From NCBI GenBank assembly GCA_016931575.1, contig JAFGEO010000004.1:172-64171 (forward strand): a stretch of DNA of 64,000 nucleotides, written 5' to 3'. This document shows, in pieces, positions 47,305 through 57,522 of the stretch; within the stretch, counting starts at the first letter, position 1; each line of letters opens with the position of its first letter. This stretch comes from Bacteroidales bacterium (GTDB taxonomy: Bacteria; Bacteroidota; Bacteroidia; Bacteroidales; UBA10428). The position numbers were made by a program, and so were the translations under genes. The notes beneath the pieces were generated by a model. It saw only the letters and a list, made by a program, of their open reading frames with translations. It was not told the DNA's origin and made no database searches.

Positions 47305-48093
47305 TTACAGACTGAAGATTATGGTGAGAACAGCCACTACAGCACAATATAAGGCAAAATAGATCAGCTTGCTCTTTTTTACTATTGAGATCATTAGTTT
47401 ACAGGCCCCCAGTCCAACAACAAATGCACTTACAAATCCAATAAACAGGGGAAATGCATTTAGATTTCCTGAGACCAGATCCCCGCTTATCAGATCAAGT
47501 CCGGCCTTACCCAGAATTGGCAAAAGTACCATCAGGAAGGAAAACCTTGCAGCTTCCTCCCTTTTATTCCTGAGAAAAAGTGCGGTAGCAATGGTAGTTC
47601 CTGAGCGGGACATACCGGGCAAAACTGCAATCGCCTGGGCAATTCCGATAATCAGAGCATCCCAGTATCCCACCTGCTTTGTCCTGGCCCTGGCATAATA
47701 AGTAAAGGCTAGAAGTATTGCAGTGACCATCAGCATACAACCAACCAAAATCATGGTATAAGTCCCGGAAAAAACCTGTTCAATTTCGTCTTCGAAAAAC
47801 AGTCCGATAATAATTACCGGAATTGCTGAAAAAACCAGTTTTGCAACGTAGTGAGTTTCTTCATTCATTCTGAATTTCAATACTCCCCCAATAAGATTCA
47901 TCAGGTCTTTTCGAAAAACTACAATAGTACTGAGTACAGTAGCAGCATGAACAACAATATCAAATGTCAGATTATCTTCTAACTCAACATTCAGCAGATG
48001 CTTTCCAATTTCCAGATGCCCACTGCTGCTTACCGGGAGAAATTCCGTAAGACCCTGTAAAACACCTAATACGAGTGCTTGTAACCAATCCAT
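47305..48093 (-). CDS. uppP: undecaprenyl-diphosphate phosphatase
   Basis: 262 aa with the 'PVSSSGHL' and 'PGMSRSGTTI' motifs. Confidence 0.95.
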   Translation of the reverse strand: MDWLQALVLGVLQGLTEFLPVSSSGHLEIGKHLLNVELEDNLTFDIVVHAATVLSTIVVFRKDLMNLIGGVLKFRMNEETHYVAKLVFSAIPVIIIGLFFEDEIEQVFSGTYTMILVGCMLMVTAILLAFTYYARARTKQVGYWDALIIGIAQAIAVLPGMSRSGTTIATALFLRNKREEAARFSFLMVLLPILGKAGLDLISGDLVSGNLNAFPLFIGFVSAFVVGLGACKLMISIVKKSKLIYFALYCAVVAVLTIIFSL

Positions 48094-48109
48094 TCTGAAC
48101 TTTTAATTC

Positions 48110-48379
48110 CTAATTTTCTTCGGATGTTTCCCTGGGAATCCTCATGATGGCCCAAATTTCAAAAGCAAAACCTATAAGCACCATGATCGGAGCAAGTGTT
48201 ATCCTTCTGAAACTGAAAATCTGATCTGCATGGAATTCATTGGGATTATCTGTCTTTCCTCCTGACATCAGGATGAAGCCAAGAACTATAATGGCAAAGC
48301 CGATTAACAGATAGCGATAATTCTCTCTGGGAATGGCAAAACCATTACTTTCTTTTTTAGGTATCGTTTTCTGAGCCAT
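48110..48379 (-). CDS. DUF3098-like small membrane protein
   Basis: 89 aa with two TM spans. It occupies the position between ftsX and uppP that is typical of Bacteroidota. Confidence 0.7.
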   Translation of the reverse strand: MAQKTIPKKESNGFAIPRENYRYLLIGFAIIVLGFILMSGGKTDNPNEFHADQIFSFRRITLAPIMVLIGFAFEIWAIMRIPRETSEEN

Positions 48380-48384
48380 ATCTA

Positions 48385-49308
48385 TTAGGTGTATAATTTA
48401 TCTGTTTTAATCCTAAGGTATTTTGTTACTGCAATATAGGTGGAGGCTCCATTTATCAGAATACCCACCACCAGCAGAATGGCATATACTTTTAGCAGGG
48501 TAAAGGTATCATTTAAGGGAATAGTCCCCTGAATTTTGCTTTGAAGGTAATACACCAGGCCTGCAATCACCCCGGTGGCAACCGTAGCCCCTACAATTCC
48601 CTGAATGATGCTCCTGAACAAAAAAGGCATGCGGATATAGGCTGCGGTAGCACCTACCAGTTGCATCGTCCGAATAATGAACCTTTTAGAATAGATCGCA
48701 AGCCGAACGGTATTATTGATCAGGGTTAAGGCAATCAATAACAATAAACTGCTGAAAATAAGTACGATTAATGCAATTTTACTAATATTTTTATTGACCA
48801 CTTCAATCAGGTTTTTTTGGTAATAAACTTCCTTAATCCCTGCAATAGTCATCAAATCCTCTTCAATCATCTGAATACTGTCAGTATTAGCAAACCGAGC
48901 GTCAAATTTCACGATATACACATCATGTAAGGGATTACTTCCGATGTGCTTGATAAAATCTTCTCCCAGTTCCTTCTGAAACTCGATAGCTGCAGCATCC
49001 TTGTCAACCAGGGTAATTTCCTTCTGACCCGTTTGTTCATCCTCTCTAATGTAGTGCCGCTGAGACAATTCCCACTTTATCTCCTCCACCCTTTCCTGTT
49101 TGAGATCCTGCAGGATTATTTTGAAAGACAGGTTTTCCAGGATATACTTTGATAATCGCTCTGTATTAAAGTACAAGACACTTACGGATCCAAGCATAAT
49201 TAACAGAAGAGTAATGCTTACAGCAGATGTGAGATATCCGCTCCTTAATCGCCGTCGTTCAATTTTTACCTCGCTTTTTGACATAGAAACCTTTTCAGGG
49301 CGCGACAA
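48385..49308 (-). CDS. ftsX: cell division permease-like protein FtsX
   Basis: 307 aa with an N-terminal TM, a periplasmic domain and three C-terminal TM spans. The start could instead be the internal Met at 49284. Confidence 0.8.
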   Translation of the reverse strand: MSRPEKVSMSKSEVKIERRRLRSGYLTSAVSITLLLIMLGSVSVLYFNTERLSKYILENLSFKIILQDLKQERVEEIKWELSQRHYIREDEQTGQKEITLVDKDAAAIEFQKELGEDFIKHIGSNPLHDVYIVKFDARFANTDSIQMIEEDLMTIAGIKEVYYQKNLIEVVNKNISKIALIVLIFSSLLLLIALTLINNTVRLAIYSKRFIIRTMQLVGATAAYIRMPFLFRSIIQGIVGATVATGVIAGLVYYLQSKIQGTIPLNDTFTLLKVYAILLVVGILINGASTYIAVTKYLRIKTDKLYT

Positions 49309-49368
49309 AAATAGTAAGAATTATCAGGAAGAAAGACAAAGGGGGCGTATAAAAATTGTTAAATCATT

Positions 49369-50388
49369 TTATTCCAGGTAAGAAATCCATCCAAATTTAT
49401 CTTCGATATCCCCGGTCTGAATAGCTGTGAGGTGTTGATATAAACGTTTACAAACCGGCCCGGGTTCATTTTTGTCCCCATATTCATAGATCTTGTTCGT
49501 GTCCGGATCAACGATTTTCCGGATCGGGGTTATGACAGCAGCGGTACCGCATGCCCCAACCTCATCGAATTCAGAGAGTTCTTCAACCGGAATAAGCCTG
49601 CGCTCAACTTTCATGCCCTCGTCTTCCGCCAGCTGCATCAAGCTCATGTTGGTAATTGAGGGTAATATGGAGTTTGATTTTGGGGTCACGTAGGTATTCC
49701 CTTTAATTCCAAAGAAATTGGCAGGTCCGGCTTCATCAATATATTTTTTCTCACAGGCATCCAGATAGAGGGTGGTACCGAATCCGGCCATGTGTGCCTC
49801 TTTAAGGGATTGCAGGCTGGCTGCATAATTTCCACCGACCTTATACGAACCAGTGCCCCTGGGAGCAGCACGATCAAACTTCCTGCAAATCATAATATCA
49901 ACAGGAGCAAATCCATCCCTGAAGTAGGGTCCGACGGGTGTTACAAACACTACAAATAAGTATTCCTTTGCAGCTTTAACTCCTACCTCCGGACCTAAAC
50001 CAACCAGGAATGGCCTGATGTATAAGGTAGCTCCAAAACCATAAGGGGGTACATATTTTTCATTCAGCCTGACAGCCTTGAAAACGGCCTCCCTGAATAG
50101 TTCAACCGGTACTTCCTGCATTAAAATTCCACGTGCCGAATTAATCATTCGCTTGGCATTCTCCTCCCAGCGAAAAAGTCTTATTTTACCATCCATCCCG
50201 GAATAGGCTTTCAACCCTTCAAAAATTTCCTGCCCATAGTGCAGGCAGGTTGAGGCCATATGCATATTAATAAATTCTGAGTCGGATACAAGAATTTCTC
50301 CCCATTCGCCATTTTTGAAATACGATCTTACATTAAAATCCGTTTTTTTATAGGCAAATGGGAGATTCTTCCAATCAATATTTTCCAT
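49369..50388 (-). CDS. ilvE: branched-chain amino acid aminotransferase (fold type IV)
   Basis: 339 aa with 'EGLKAY', 'GTGSYKVGGNYAAS' and 'GTAAVITPI'. Confidence 0.9.
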   Translation of the reverse strand: MENIDWKNLPFAYKKTDFNVRSYFKNGEWGEILVSDSEFINMHMASTCLHYGQEIFEGLKAYSGMDGKIRLFRWEENAKRMINSARGILMQEVPVELFREAVFKAVRLNEKYVPPYGFGATLYIRPFLVGLGPEVGVKAAKEYLFVVFVTPVGPYFRDGFAPVDIMICRKFDRAAPRGTGSYKVGGNYAASLQSLKEAHMAGFGTTLYLDACEKKYIDEAGPANFFGIKGNTYVTPKSNSILPSITNMSLMQLAEDEGMKVERRLIPVEELSEFDEVGACGTAAVITPIRKIVDPDTNKIYEYGDKNEPGPVCKRLYQHLTAIQTGDIEDKFGWISYLE

Positions 50389-50552
50389 CAGTCCAGCTTT
50401 AGAATGTTCCTGTCTAAATATAATTATTTACCAAAAGGAAAACAAAGATATATATTATGCTCATACTTAAATTGGCAATCCAGGAGAATCAGCCCTCTTT
50501 CTTATATAAAATATAATTCTTAACTTAAACCCACAAATAATTTAAGCAAACT

Positions 50553-51392
50553 ATGGCGCAGCAACAAAACTATATTCTTGTAACGTGGGATTTTACTGAA
50601 AAATCCGAATTTGCTCTTGAACATGCGGTCATTGCAAGCAGGCAACTGAAATTCCCCATTGGATTGGTTCATATTGTTAAGAAATCCAGTGAGGTTGATG
50701 CTGCTGAAAGGACGATCAAGGAAGTTATCGCCAAAAAATTTGCACAACTTGATCCAGCCCCGACCCTTTTTGTCCGGTCCGGAAATATTTTTTCAACAAT
50801 TTCAGATTTGGCAGACGAACTGGAAGCCGTCATGGTATTTATGGGAACCCATGGCATGAAAGGTATGCAAAAAGTATTAGGCAGCTGGGCTCTTAAAGTT
50901 ATCGCGCGTACAAAAGTACCATTCATTGTCGTACAGGATAAACCAACCGGCAATGAATTGTTCAAGAAAACAGTCATTCCACTGACCTATCGTAAGGAAA
51001 ATAAGGAATGCATCAATTGGGCAGCTTATTTTTCCCGTCATTTTGATACCCATTATACCATCTTTCGGGCCCATCATACTGACCAAATTTTTAAAAAAGG
51101 AATCGAATCGAACCTTCTTTTCCTCACCAAGTATTTTAACAGTAAGGGGATTCCTTGTGATGTCGAGGAAGCCGGCACAGATGCCGATTTTGTGACACAA
51201 TCTGTTAATTACTGCATTGAAAACGGAGCCGATTCCCTCATGATCATGGTTACCAAAGATATTGGATTGACAGATTATATGCTGGGGGCGCAAGAGCAGA
51301 GGATCATTGCCAATGAAGCAAAAATCCCTGTCATTTGCATTAATCCGAAACCACCTAAATTTGGTGGCAGTTTCAGTGCATCAGGAGGTTAA
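50553..51392 (+). CDS. universal stress protein (tandem Usp domains)
   Basis: 279 aa with two Usp-like halves ('MVFMGTHGMKG' in the first). Confidence 0.8.
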   Translation: MAQQQNYILVTWDFTEKSEFALEHAVIASRQLKFPIGLVHIVKKSSEVDAAERTIKEVIAKKFAQLDPAPTLFVRSGNIFSTISDLADELEAVMVFMGTHGMKGMQKVLGSWALKVIARTKVPFIVVQDKPTGNELFKKTVIPLTYRKENKECINWAAYFSRHFDTHYTIFRAHHTDQIFKKGIESNLLFLTKYFNSKGIPCDVEEAGTDADFVTQSVNYCIENGADSLMIMVTKDIGLTDYMLGAQEQRIIANEAKIPVICINPKPPKFGGSFSASGG

Positions 51393-51417
51393 AAAACACG
51401 AAAAAAATGAATCGTAA

Positions 51418-51445
51418 ACAAGGGCTTAGTGCCCTTGTTTTTTTT
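51418..51445 (+). terminator. intrinsic terminator after the usp gene
   Basis: An 8-bp stem ACAAGGGC/GCCCTTGT with a 5-nt loop, followed by a T7 run. Confidence 0.75.
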
Positions 51446-51461
51446 AAAGTATACAGCCATT

Positions 51462-52055
51462 ATGAAAATTATCTTTGCCACCAATAACCTGCATAAACTG
51501 AATGAGATCAGGAAAGCAGTTCCTGATTCTTATGAGATCTATAGCCTGGAGGAACAGGCTATCCAGGTTGAAATCCCGGAAACCAGTGATACCCTTGAAG
51601 GTAATGCTATTGAAAAGGCCATGTTCATCTATGAAAATTATGGTTTGAATTGTTTTGCTGATGATACCGGTCTTGAAGTTGAAGCATTAGCGGGTGCCCC
51701 CGGGGTATATTCTGCCCGTTATGCCGGACCGGCTTGCAGCTTTGAGGATAATATCGTAAAGCTCCTTTCTGAAATGAACGGGATTTCGAACAGGAAAGCC
51801 CGTTTCAAGACTGTTATTGCATTTGTGGAGAATGGGGAAATCGTGACATTTGAGGGCATAATAAACGGACAAATCACCACCGATCGCCGGGGAAAAGAAG
51901 GTTTTGGCTACGATCCGGTTTTTTTGCCGGATCAGGGAAAGGAAACTTTTGCCGAAATGTCTCTGGAAGAAAAAAATCGTATTTCCCACCGGGCACTTGC
52001 CGTTAAAAAATTTACGGAATATCTTTCAAGTAAAGATAAACAGACCACTGAATAA
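51462..52055 (+). CDS. rdgB: non-canonical purine NTP pyrophosphatase (dITP/XTP)
   Basis: I take the start at [15 protein letters not shown] (51462). It has '[10 protein letters not shown]' and 'FGYDPVF'. The GTG at 51429 lies inside the upstream terminator. Confidence 0.9.
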   Translation: MKIIFATNNLHKLNEIRKAVPDSYEIYSLEEQAIQVEIPETSDTLEGNAIEKAMFIYENYGLNCFADDTGLEVEALAGAPGVYSARYAGPACSFEDNIVKLLSEMNGISNRKARFKTVIAFVENGEIVTFEGIINGQITTDRRGKEGFGYDPVFLPDQGKETFAEMSLEEKNRISHRALAVKKFTEYLSSKDKQTTE

Positions 52056-52154
52056 CAAAAACTTGTGCTTGACGTTATTCGTAAAGTGAATTCATATCGT
52101 ATGCCGGAGTGAAGACACAACAATAATTTCAAGACCTATTCACTTTATCTGACT

Positions 52155-54455
52155 ATGAAAAAGATTATTTCCTTCTGTTTTATTTTTCTTTTTGGATCAA
52201 GCCTTCTCTCTGCACAGGTGATTAAGCAGGGAGGCTGGAGGGATCATTTATCCTATTTTTCCTGTTACAAGGTTGCGGAGGTTGGTGACTGGATCTATGC
52301 TTCTGCAGGTTCAGGTCTGATTTCCTACAACATAATCACCCAGGAAATAAGAAAACATTCCAAGGCTACCGGTTTGTCAGATGTGCAAATCAGTGCAATA
52401 GCCTATGCAGAAGAAAGTAATTACCTTATTGTAGGCTATGTCAATGGTAATATTGATCTGCTCCGGGAAGGTGAGGAACCCGTCAATATTTCCGCAATCA
52501 AAAGGAAAATCATGACTGCTGATAAGCAGATCAACAATATCTATGTTTTTGATCAGACTGCGTATCTTTCCTGTGGTTTCGGCATTGTCGTTCTGAATCT
52601 TGAAAAACTGGAGATCAAGGAAACCTATATCCTTGGGGAAAGCGGCGCCTATAAACAGGTTAATGATGTGACTATACTAAATGACCAGCTGTATGCTGCA
52701 ACTAAAACGGGTATCTTTTCTGTTGACCTGAACAGTATCAATTTACTGGATTTTCATAACTGGAACCACCTGGATTTCTTTCCGGGAGCTTCAGACGAAT
52801 ATACGATGATTGAAGTTTTTAACAATAAAATACTAACGGTTCACAGTCAGGGAGACAGCCTTTTTACACTATTTTCCTATATACCGGCTACCCAGGAGGT
52901 GAATGAATGGGATAAAACAAACGAAGATGTAATTTATGATATTCATACTTTGAATGACTACCTGACCATTAGTGCCCAGGATGCTGCCTATATCTACAAC
53001 AGCTCCGAGCTGCTTGTCGGACAATTTGATTTTTACGGAATCCGACAAGTAATAATCTCCGGGAATGAAGAAGTATTTTTTGCTTCCTCCTATGGGGGTT
53101 TACTCTGGCATCGGGATGATGAAACAAATAAATACCTTCTGGTAAACGGACCTCGTTTTTCAGAGGTAAGCCAAATTACTACCCACGGCGACAGGATATG
53201 GGTAAGCTCAGGAGGCCCTTCGCGGCTCTATAAGCATGGCGCTGCCTATCTACTTAATAACAATGATGAATGGACAAGCTTCCTAAGCGATGATATACCA
53301 ACGGAAAAAATCCTGGGGAACACCTATAAAATCGCGATAGATCCCACAGATCCCGAACATGTTTTTATTGCCACCTACGGTTATGGGCTCATCGAAATAC
53401 GCAATGAAGAAATTGTCAATATTTTTGAGTTGGGTAATACCGAAGCATTCGCAGATATACCGGAAAACATTGATATTCGTATGTCAGGCATTGATTTTGA
53501 CAGCGAAGGTAACCTGTATTTTGTTATTGACCTGATCCCCGATCCCCTGTTCATGATCGACAATGAAGGCAACTGGCATCGTCCTGAAATAAGCAATTCA
53601 CTCCTGCAAAAACAGAATATTGTTTATTCAGACCTGCTTGTTACTACTTACGGGCAGATCTGGATACTTTCCAGGCTTTCAGGAGCTGTTATTCTTAAGG
53701 ATGAAGGAGACGGATATTACAGAAGCAAAACTATACTGCTAAAAAATCAATACGGGAACAATCTCTCCCGGGCATTCTGCATTGAGGAGGATAAGGAGCA
53801 AAATATCTGGATTGGATCCAACAACGGCCCGGTTATTTACTACTCCCCGTGGAATATTTTTAATACTTCAGAAACCAGTGGGTACCAGGTTCCTTTTTCA
53901 AGAAATGATGGTACCGATATCATTGACCTTCTTCTTTTTAGTGAGTCAATATTTGATATTGTTTCTGACGGGGGAAACCGAAAGTGGATGGCCACAGATC
54001 AATCTGGGGTATTCCTTATCTCTGATGACGGAAAGAAAATCCTGGCAAACTTTACTGAAAATAATTCACCCCTGCTTTCAAACGGCGTTACCGGAATCGG
54101 TATCAATGAAAAGAACGGTGAAGTATTTTTTGCAACAGACCTGGGACTAATCAGTTATGGAGGAACTGCTACAGAAGGCCTGGAGGAATATACAAATGTG
54201 TATGTTTACCCTAATCCTGTGCGACCAGATTATGAAGGTCCTATCACTATTACCGGACTCGTAAGCAACTCCATCGTAAAAATTACCGATGTAAGCGGAA
54301 ATCTGGTTTGGGAAACAACTTCCCTGGGAGGACAGGCCGTCTGGGATGGCAAAAACTTTGACGGAAATAAAGTGGCAACCGGAGTATACCTTGTCCTGCT
54401 GGCGAGTGAAGATGGTTCCAGGTCGCATAGTACCAAACTCCTATTCCTGCACTAA
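52155..54455 (+). CDS. porZ: PorZ-like type IX secretion protein (double beta-propeller plus T9SS C-terminal sorting domain)
   Basis: 766 aa with a signal peptide, MKKIISFCFIFLFGSSLLSAQ. It has two-component-regulator-propeller-like repeats and a C-terminal domain 'VYVYPNPVRPDYEGPITITGL...GVYLVLLASEDG...KLLFLH'. Confidence 0.7.
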   Translation: MKKIISFCFIFLFGSSLLSAQVIKQGGWRDHLSYFSCYKVAEVGDWIYASAGSGLISYNIITQEIRKHSKATGLSDVQISAIAYAEESNYLIVGYVNGNIDLLREGEEPVNISAIKRKIMTADKQINNIYVFDQTAYLSCGFGIVVLNLEKLEIKETYILGESGAYKQVNDVTILNDQLYAATKTGIFSVDLNSINLLDFHNWNHLDFFPGASDEYTMIEVFNNKILTVHSQGDSLFTLFSYIPATQEVNEWDKTNEDVIYDIHTLNDYLTISAQDAAYIYNSSELLVGQFDFYGIRQVIISGNEEVFFASSYGGLLWHRDDETNKYLLVNGPRFSEVSQITTHGDRIWVSSGGPSRLYKHGAAYLLNNNDEWTSFLSDDIPTEKILGNTYKIAIDPTDPEHVFIATYGYGLIEIRNEEIVNIFELGNTEAFADIPENIDIRMSGIDFDSEGNLYFVIDLIPDPLFMIDNEGNWHRPEISNSLLQKQNIVYSDLLVTTYGQIWILSRLSGAVILKDEGDGYYRSKTILLKNQYGNNLSRAFCIEEDKEQNIWIGSNNGPVIYYSPWNIFNTSETSGYQVPFSRNDGTDIIDLLLFSESIFDIVSDGGNRKWMATDQSGVFLISDDGKKILANFTENNSPLLSNGVTGIGINEKNGEVFFATDLGLISYGGTATEGLEEYTNVYVYPNPVRPDYEGPITITGLVSNSIVKITDVSGNLVWETTSLGGQAVWDGKNFDGNKVATGVYLVLLASEDGSRSHSTKLLFLH

Positions 54456-55123
54456 TGCTCCAAAAAACGCAGTGTGTAGTATTAAGTCATGTTAAGTACG
54501 GGGATTCCGGATTAATTGTAAAGGTACTGACAAAGGACTTTGGCAGGCAGTCGCTCATGGTACATGGTGTCCGTAAAAAAAGACCCAAATTCAATCCCTA
54601 TTTCTTTGAACCTTTCTCTCTTTTAGATATTGAACTATACTATAAACTTAACCAGGACCTGCATATCCTTAAAGAAGCCAAGTCCTCCATCGTCCTCCAA
54701 CAACTTTATTTCGACATCAGAAAAAGTACCATAGCGATATTCCTTTCAGAGATCATCAGCAAATCCTTACAGGAGATTGAATCCAATCCAGCCCTTTTCA
54801 ATTTTCTTTATCATGCTGTACAAATCCTTGATGTTTCGGATGAGGGAGTCGAGAATTTTCACCTTATTTTCTTACTGGAGCTCAGTAAGTTTATGGGTAT
54901 TCATCCTGAGAATAATCACGATTTGCATCTTTATCCTATAAACGGCGAAGTTCAGATCCCGGATTTGCTTAACTATTCACTAACCGATATCACCCGACTG
55001 AAGCTCAGTGCGCAAAACAAAGCTGAAATTCTTTCTATGCTTGTGAATTATTACCGTCATCATCTTGAAGGAATGGGAGAGATAAAATCGCTGGCTGTAT
55101 TACGTACTGTTTTTAATAATTAG
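54455..55123 (+). CDS. recO: DNA repair protein RecO
   Basis: 222 aa with an N-terminal OB fold ('QCVVLSHVKYGDSGLIVKVLT'). The start overlaps the porZ stop (TAATG). Confidence 0.85.
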   Translation: MLQKTQCVVLSHVKYGDSGLIVKVLTKDFGRQSLMVHGVRKKRPKFNPYFFEPFSLLDIELYYKLNQDLHILKEAKSSIVLQQLYFDIRKSTIAIFLSEIISKSLQEIESNPALFNFLYHAVQILDVSDEGVENFHLIFLLELSKFMGIHPENNHDLHLYPINGEVQIPDLLNYSLTDITRLKLSAQNKAEILSMLVNYYRHHLEGMGEIKSLAVLRTVFNN

Positions 55124-55137
55124 CATGTAATCCAGGT

Positions 55138-56574
55138 TCAAGTCCCTGCGATACGTGCCAATTCCTGAGCAACCACCTGCCCTGAAATAACTGCTGAAGA
55201 TATTCCCAATCCTGCCAAAACCGGATATTCACCATAGAGGAGATTCTGCAGCTTCATATTTACCATTTTTTTATTCTTTTTATTAAGAGAATACTGGCTG
55301 TTCATCCAACCAAAGGGTAGTCCCTGGTAAGTTCCGAATTCCACTTCGAAATCAGTATGAGCCAGTGTTTTTTTGAAGATTACATGATTCTGAATTGATT
55401 CTCCAGAGGTTTCTTCGATCCACCGGATACTTTTCTCAAAGTAGTGCTCACGGATCTTTCCGGTATCCTCAATAGAGGTAGGCACCATAGTCCTGATAAT
55501 CAGCGTTTCCATACCTTCCGGAGCTAATTGCTGATTGTGTTTTGAAGGACAAGTGACATGAATAACAGGCAGATCCGATTTATCCCTGACACCTGGTCTC
55601 TTATGAAGGCCTCGGGTATAAATTATATTATTAACTGCCAGGTTCTTAAGCTTTTTCTTGATTACGAGGTAAAAAATAAAACTTGATCCGGTTTTATCCC
55701 CTGGCTCCCAGCTATATTCCGAATAATTCCGATATTCCTTTGGAAGCTGTTGTTCGGTATGCCGGTAATCCATTGCAGATACAAAATAGTCTGCGTGAAA
55801 ATTCTTTCCATGGGTAATGATACCAGCGACCTTATCGTCAATAATGTCAAAACTCTCAACCGGGCTTGAAACGTGTATTGGCACATTCAACTCATCCAGG
55901 ATCCTGGTGAAAGCGTGAATCAGGTTTTGCATTCCCCCTTTGGGATACAAAACACCACGCGTCAGGAAAGAATAGTTCAGGGCAAACTTCAGGGACGAAT
56001 TGTCTCTGATATTTTGGTTAACAAGCGGATAATGATCCTGAAGCAAGTTCACAAGATGGTAATCCCGGAAAAGTTTACTAACGTAAGTATCATGAGAAGT
56101 AGTAAACAGTTTTGTCAGGAAAGAACAGGGACCCGAATCGCCTTTAAAATAGTCTCCCTTTTCAGTGATACCTGCATAGTCTTGTCTGCCCCTCTCCAGG
56201 TATTTGTTAAGATTACTTATCCCGGATGGCGAATACTTCATGAAAAAGCTTTCCATTTTTTTAGGTTCTCCCGGGATATCAAAAACCTCAGAATTATTGT
56301 TAAAAACTCTGTAGGAAGGGTCCATTCTTTCCAATTCCGGAAGCAAGTACTCGGGATGGCTAAAATGATTGAAAAAAAATTCAAGAATTTCCGGGAGGAA
56401 GATCACCTGAGGACCCAGGTCGAAACTAAACTGATCTGTACTGATTCGTCTTGCCCTTCCTCCGGGTTGATCATGCTTCTCGAATATCTCAACCAGGAAA
56501 TCTTCTTTTGCGAGAAAGGCGGCGAGAGCCATCCCTGTAATACCTGCCCCAATCACAATAACTTTTCTTTTCAT
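55138..56574 (-). CDS. phytoene-desaturase-family FAD-dependent oxidoreductase
   Basis: I take the start at MKRKVIVIGAGITGMALAAFLAKEDFLVEIFEKHDQPGGRA (Rossmann dinucleotide fold, 56574). About 478 aa. Confidence 0.8.
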   Translation of the reverse strand: MKRKVIVIGAGITGMALAAFLAKEDFLVEIFEKHDQPGGRARRISTDQFSFDLGPQVIFLPEILEFFFNHFSHPEYLLPELERMDPSYRVFNNNSEVFDIPGEPKKMESFFMKYSPSGISNLNKYLERGRQDYAGITEKGDYFKGDSGPCSFLTKLFTTSHDTYVSKLFRDYHLVNLLQDHYPLVNQNIRDNSSLKFALNYSFLTRGVLYPKGGMQNLIHAFTRILDELNVPIHVSSPVESFDIIDDKVAGIITHGKNFHADYFVSAMDYRHTEQQLPKEYRNYSEYSWEPGDKTGSSFIFYLVIKKKLKNLAVNNIIYTRGLHKRPGVRDKSDLPVIHVTCPSKHNQQLAPEGMETLIIRTMVPTSIEDTGKIREHYFEKSIRWIEETSGESIQNHVIFKKTLAHTDFEVEFGTYQGLPFGWMNSQYSLNKKNKKMVNMKLQNLLYGEYPVLAGLGISSAVISGQVVAQELARIAGT

Positions 56575-56755
56575 CCTGCTAAAACAAGCATTTTCAGGAA
56601 AGTTAAGCATTATCTTTAGGAATCACTCAGGAAAGCTTCAGGAATGAACGATTAAGCAGGATATATGCAGACTCCCCAGCTTCTGAAAACATCGACTCAA
56701 CATAAAAAAGAGAAAACGGGAAAAGTAAGGCTGGTCAGGAAATCTGGCTTATCAA

Positions 56756-56965
56756 TCAATACTGATACCCGTCAGCATCTTCATACTCATCCGTTTGATA
56801 GCGGGAGGCAGTCCACTGCGCCTTTTCTATCTCATAGGCTGTCTGCCAGTCACTGGTAGCTTCAAAATTAGCCAGTAATGCACTTTTGCAGCTCTGACAT
56901 AACATGTCGGATGACGCTGGTTTATTGCAGCGTTTACAACGATAGGTGTTCGATTTTTCCATCAA
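56756..56965 (-). CDS. small zinc-ribbon-like protein (hypothetical)
   Basis: 69 aa with CxxC-x9-CxxC ('CKRCNKPASSDMLCQSC') and an acidic/aromatic tail 'DEYEDADGYQY'. Coding status is not proven. Confidence 0.4.
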   Translation of the reverse strand: MMEKSNTYRCKRCNKPASSDMLCQSCKSALLANFEATSDWQTAYEIEKAQWTASRYQTDEYEDADGYQY

Positions 56966-57110
56966 AAACTCTCATTGAAACATTCAATACTTTCATACGC
57001 TATTCCTTGACAAGGAGTTGCATTATTTCGTAATTTTAGGGGTGATATGTATCATTATTCAGGAAACAACCTGGAATACGGCAAATACGTATGAATTAAA
57101 AAACAGGGGC

Positions 57111-57494
57111 ATGACCTTCACTATATTTCATACTAAAACAACACCATTTGCTGAGCTTAGGAATGGCCATTTAGAAATAAAAGGTAAATCTGTGCCATTT
57201 AATTATCCTGAAATCTATGACACAATTCATGACCGGATGACAGTATATATGAAGAAACCGGCAAAAAAAACCGTTGTTGACTTTAGCCTGAGTGCCGTAA
57301 ACGCTGCTTCAAAGCGTTCCATTATTAATACTTTCAGGCTTTTTGAAGAAATGACACAAAAGGGGTGCAAGCTTGAAATTAACTGGTATTATCAGCCCGA
57401 CGACGAGGATGTATATGAACTGGGAGAAATTTGTCAATCTACGTTTAATGTGAAGATGGAGATAAAGGAGAGCAAGCAGCTTAACATTGCATAA
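57111..57494 (+). CDS. DUF1987 / SiaC-like protein, divergent second copy
   Basis: I take the start at MTFTIFHTKTTPFAELRNGHLEIKGKSVP (57111). It has 'INWYYQPDDEDVYELGE'. The 'NTSS' segment of the first copy is replaced by 'VNAASKRS'. Confidence 0.7.
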   Translation: MTFTIFHTKTTPFAELRNGHLEIKGKSVPFNYPEIYDTIHDRMTVYMKKPAKKTVVDFSLSAVNAASKRSIINTFRLFEEMTQKGCKLEINWYYQPDDEDVYELGEICQSTFNVKMEIKESKQLNIA

Positions 57495-57522
57495 AAAAAA
57501 GGGCCTTTACCGGCCCTTTTTT
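57493..57522. terminator. bidirectional intrinsic terminator between DUF1987 and hemD
   Basis: A8-GGGCC-tttacc-GGCCC-T6. The stem can extend through the A/T runs. It lies between convergent stop codons at 57492-57494 and 57521-57523. Confidence 0.75.

Noticed and set aside
55873-56619. A 248-aa plus-strand ORF lying entirely antisense to the phytoene-desaturase-family gene. Similar long antisense ORFs occur at 25255-25857, 17740-18309, 16643-17158, 41697-42215, 43293-43757 and 50877-51293.
   Set aside because: Their translations are low-complexity and motif-free, and each is fully nested opposite a gene with clear family motifs. They are typical shadow ORFs in the antisense frame.
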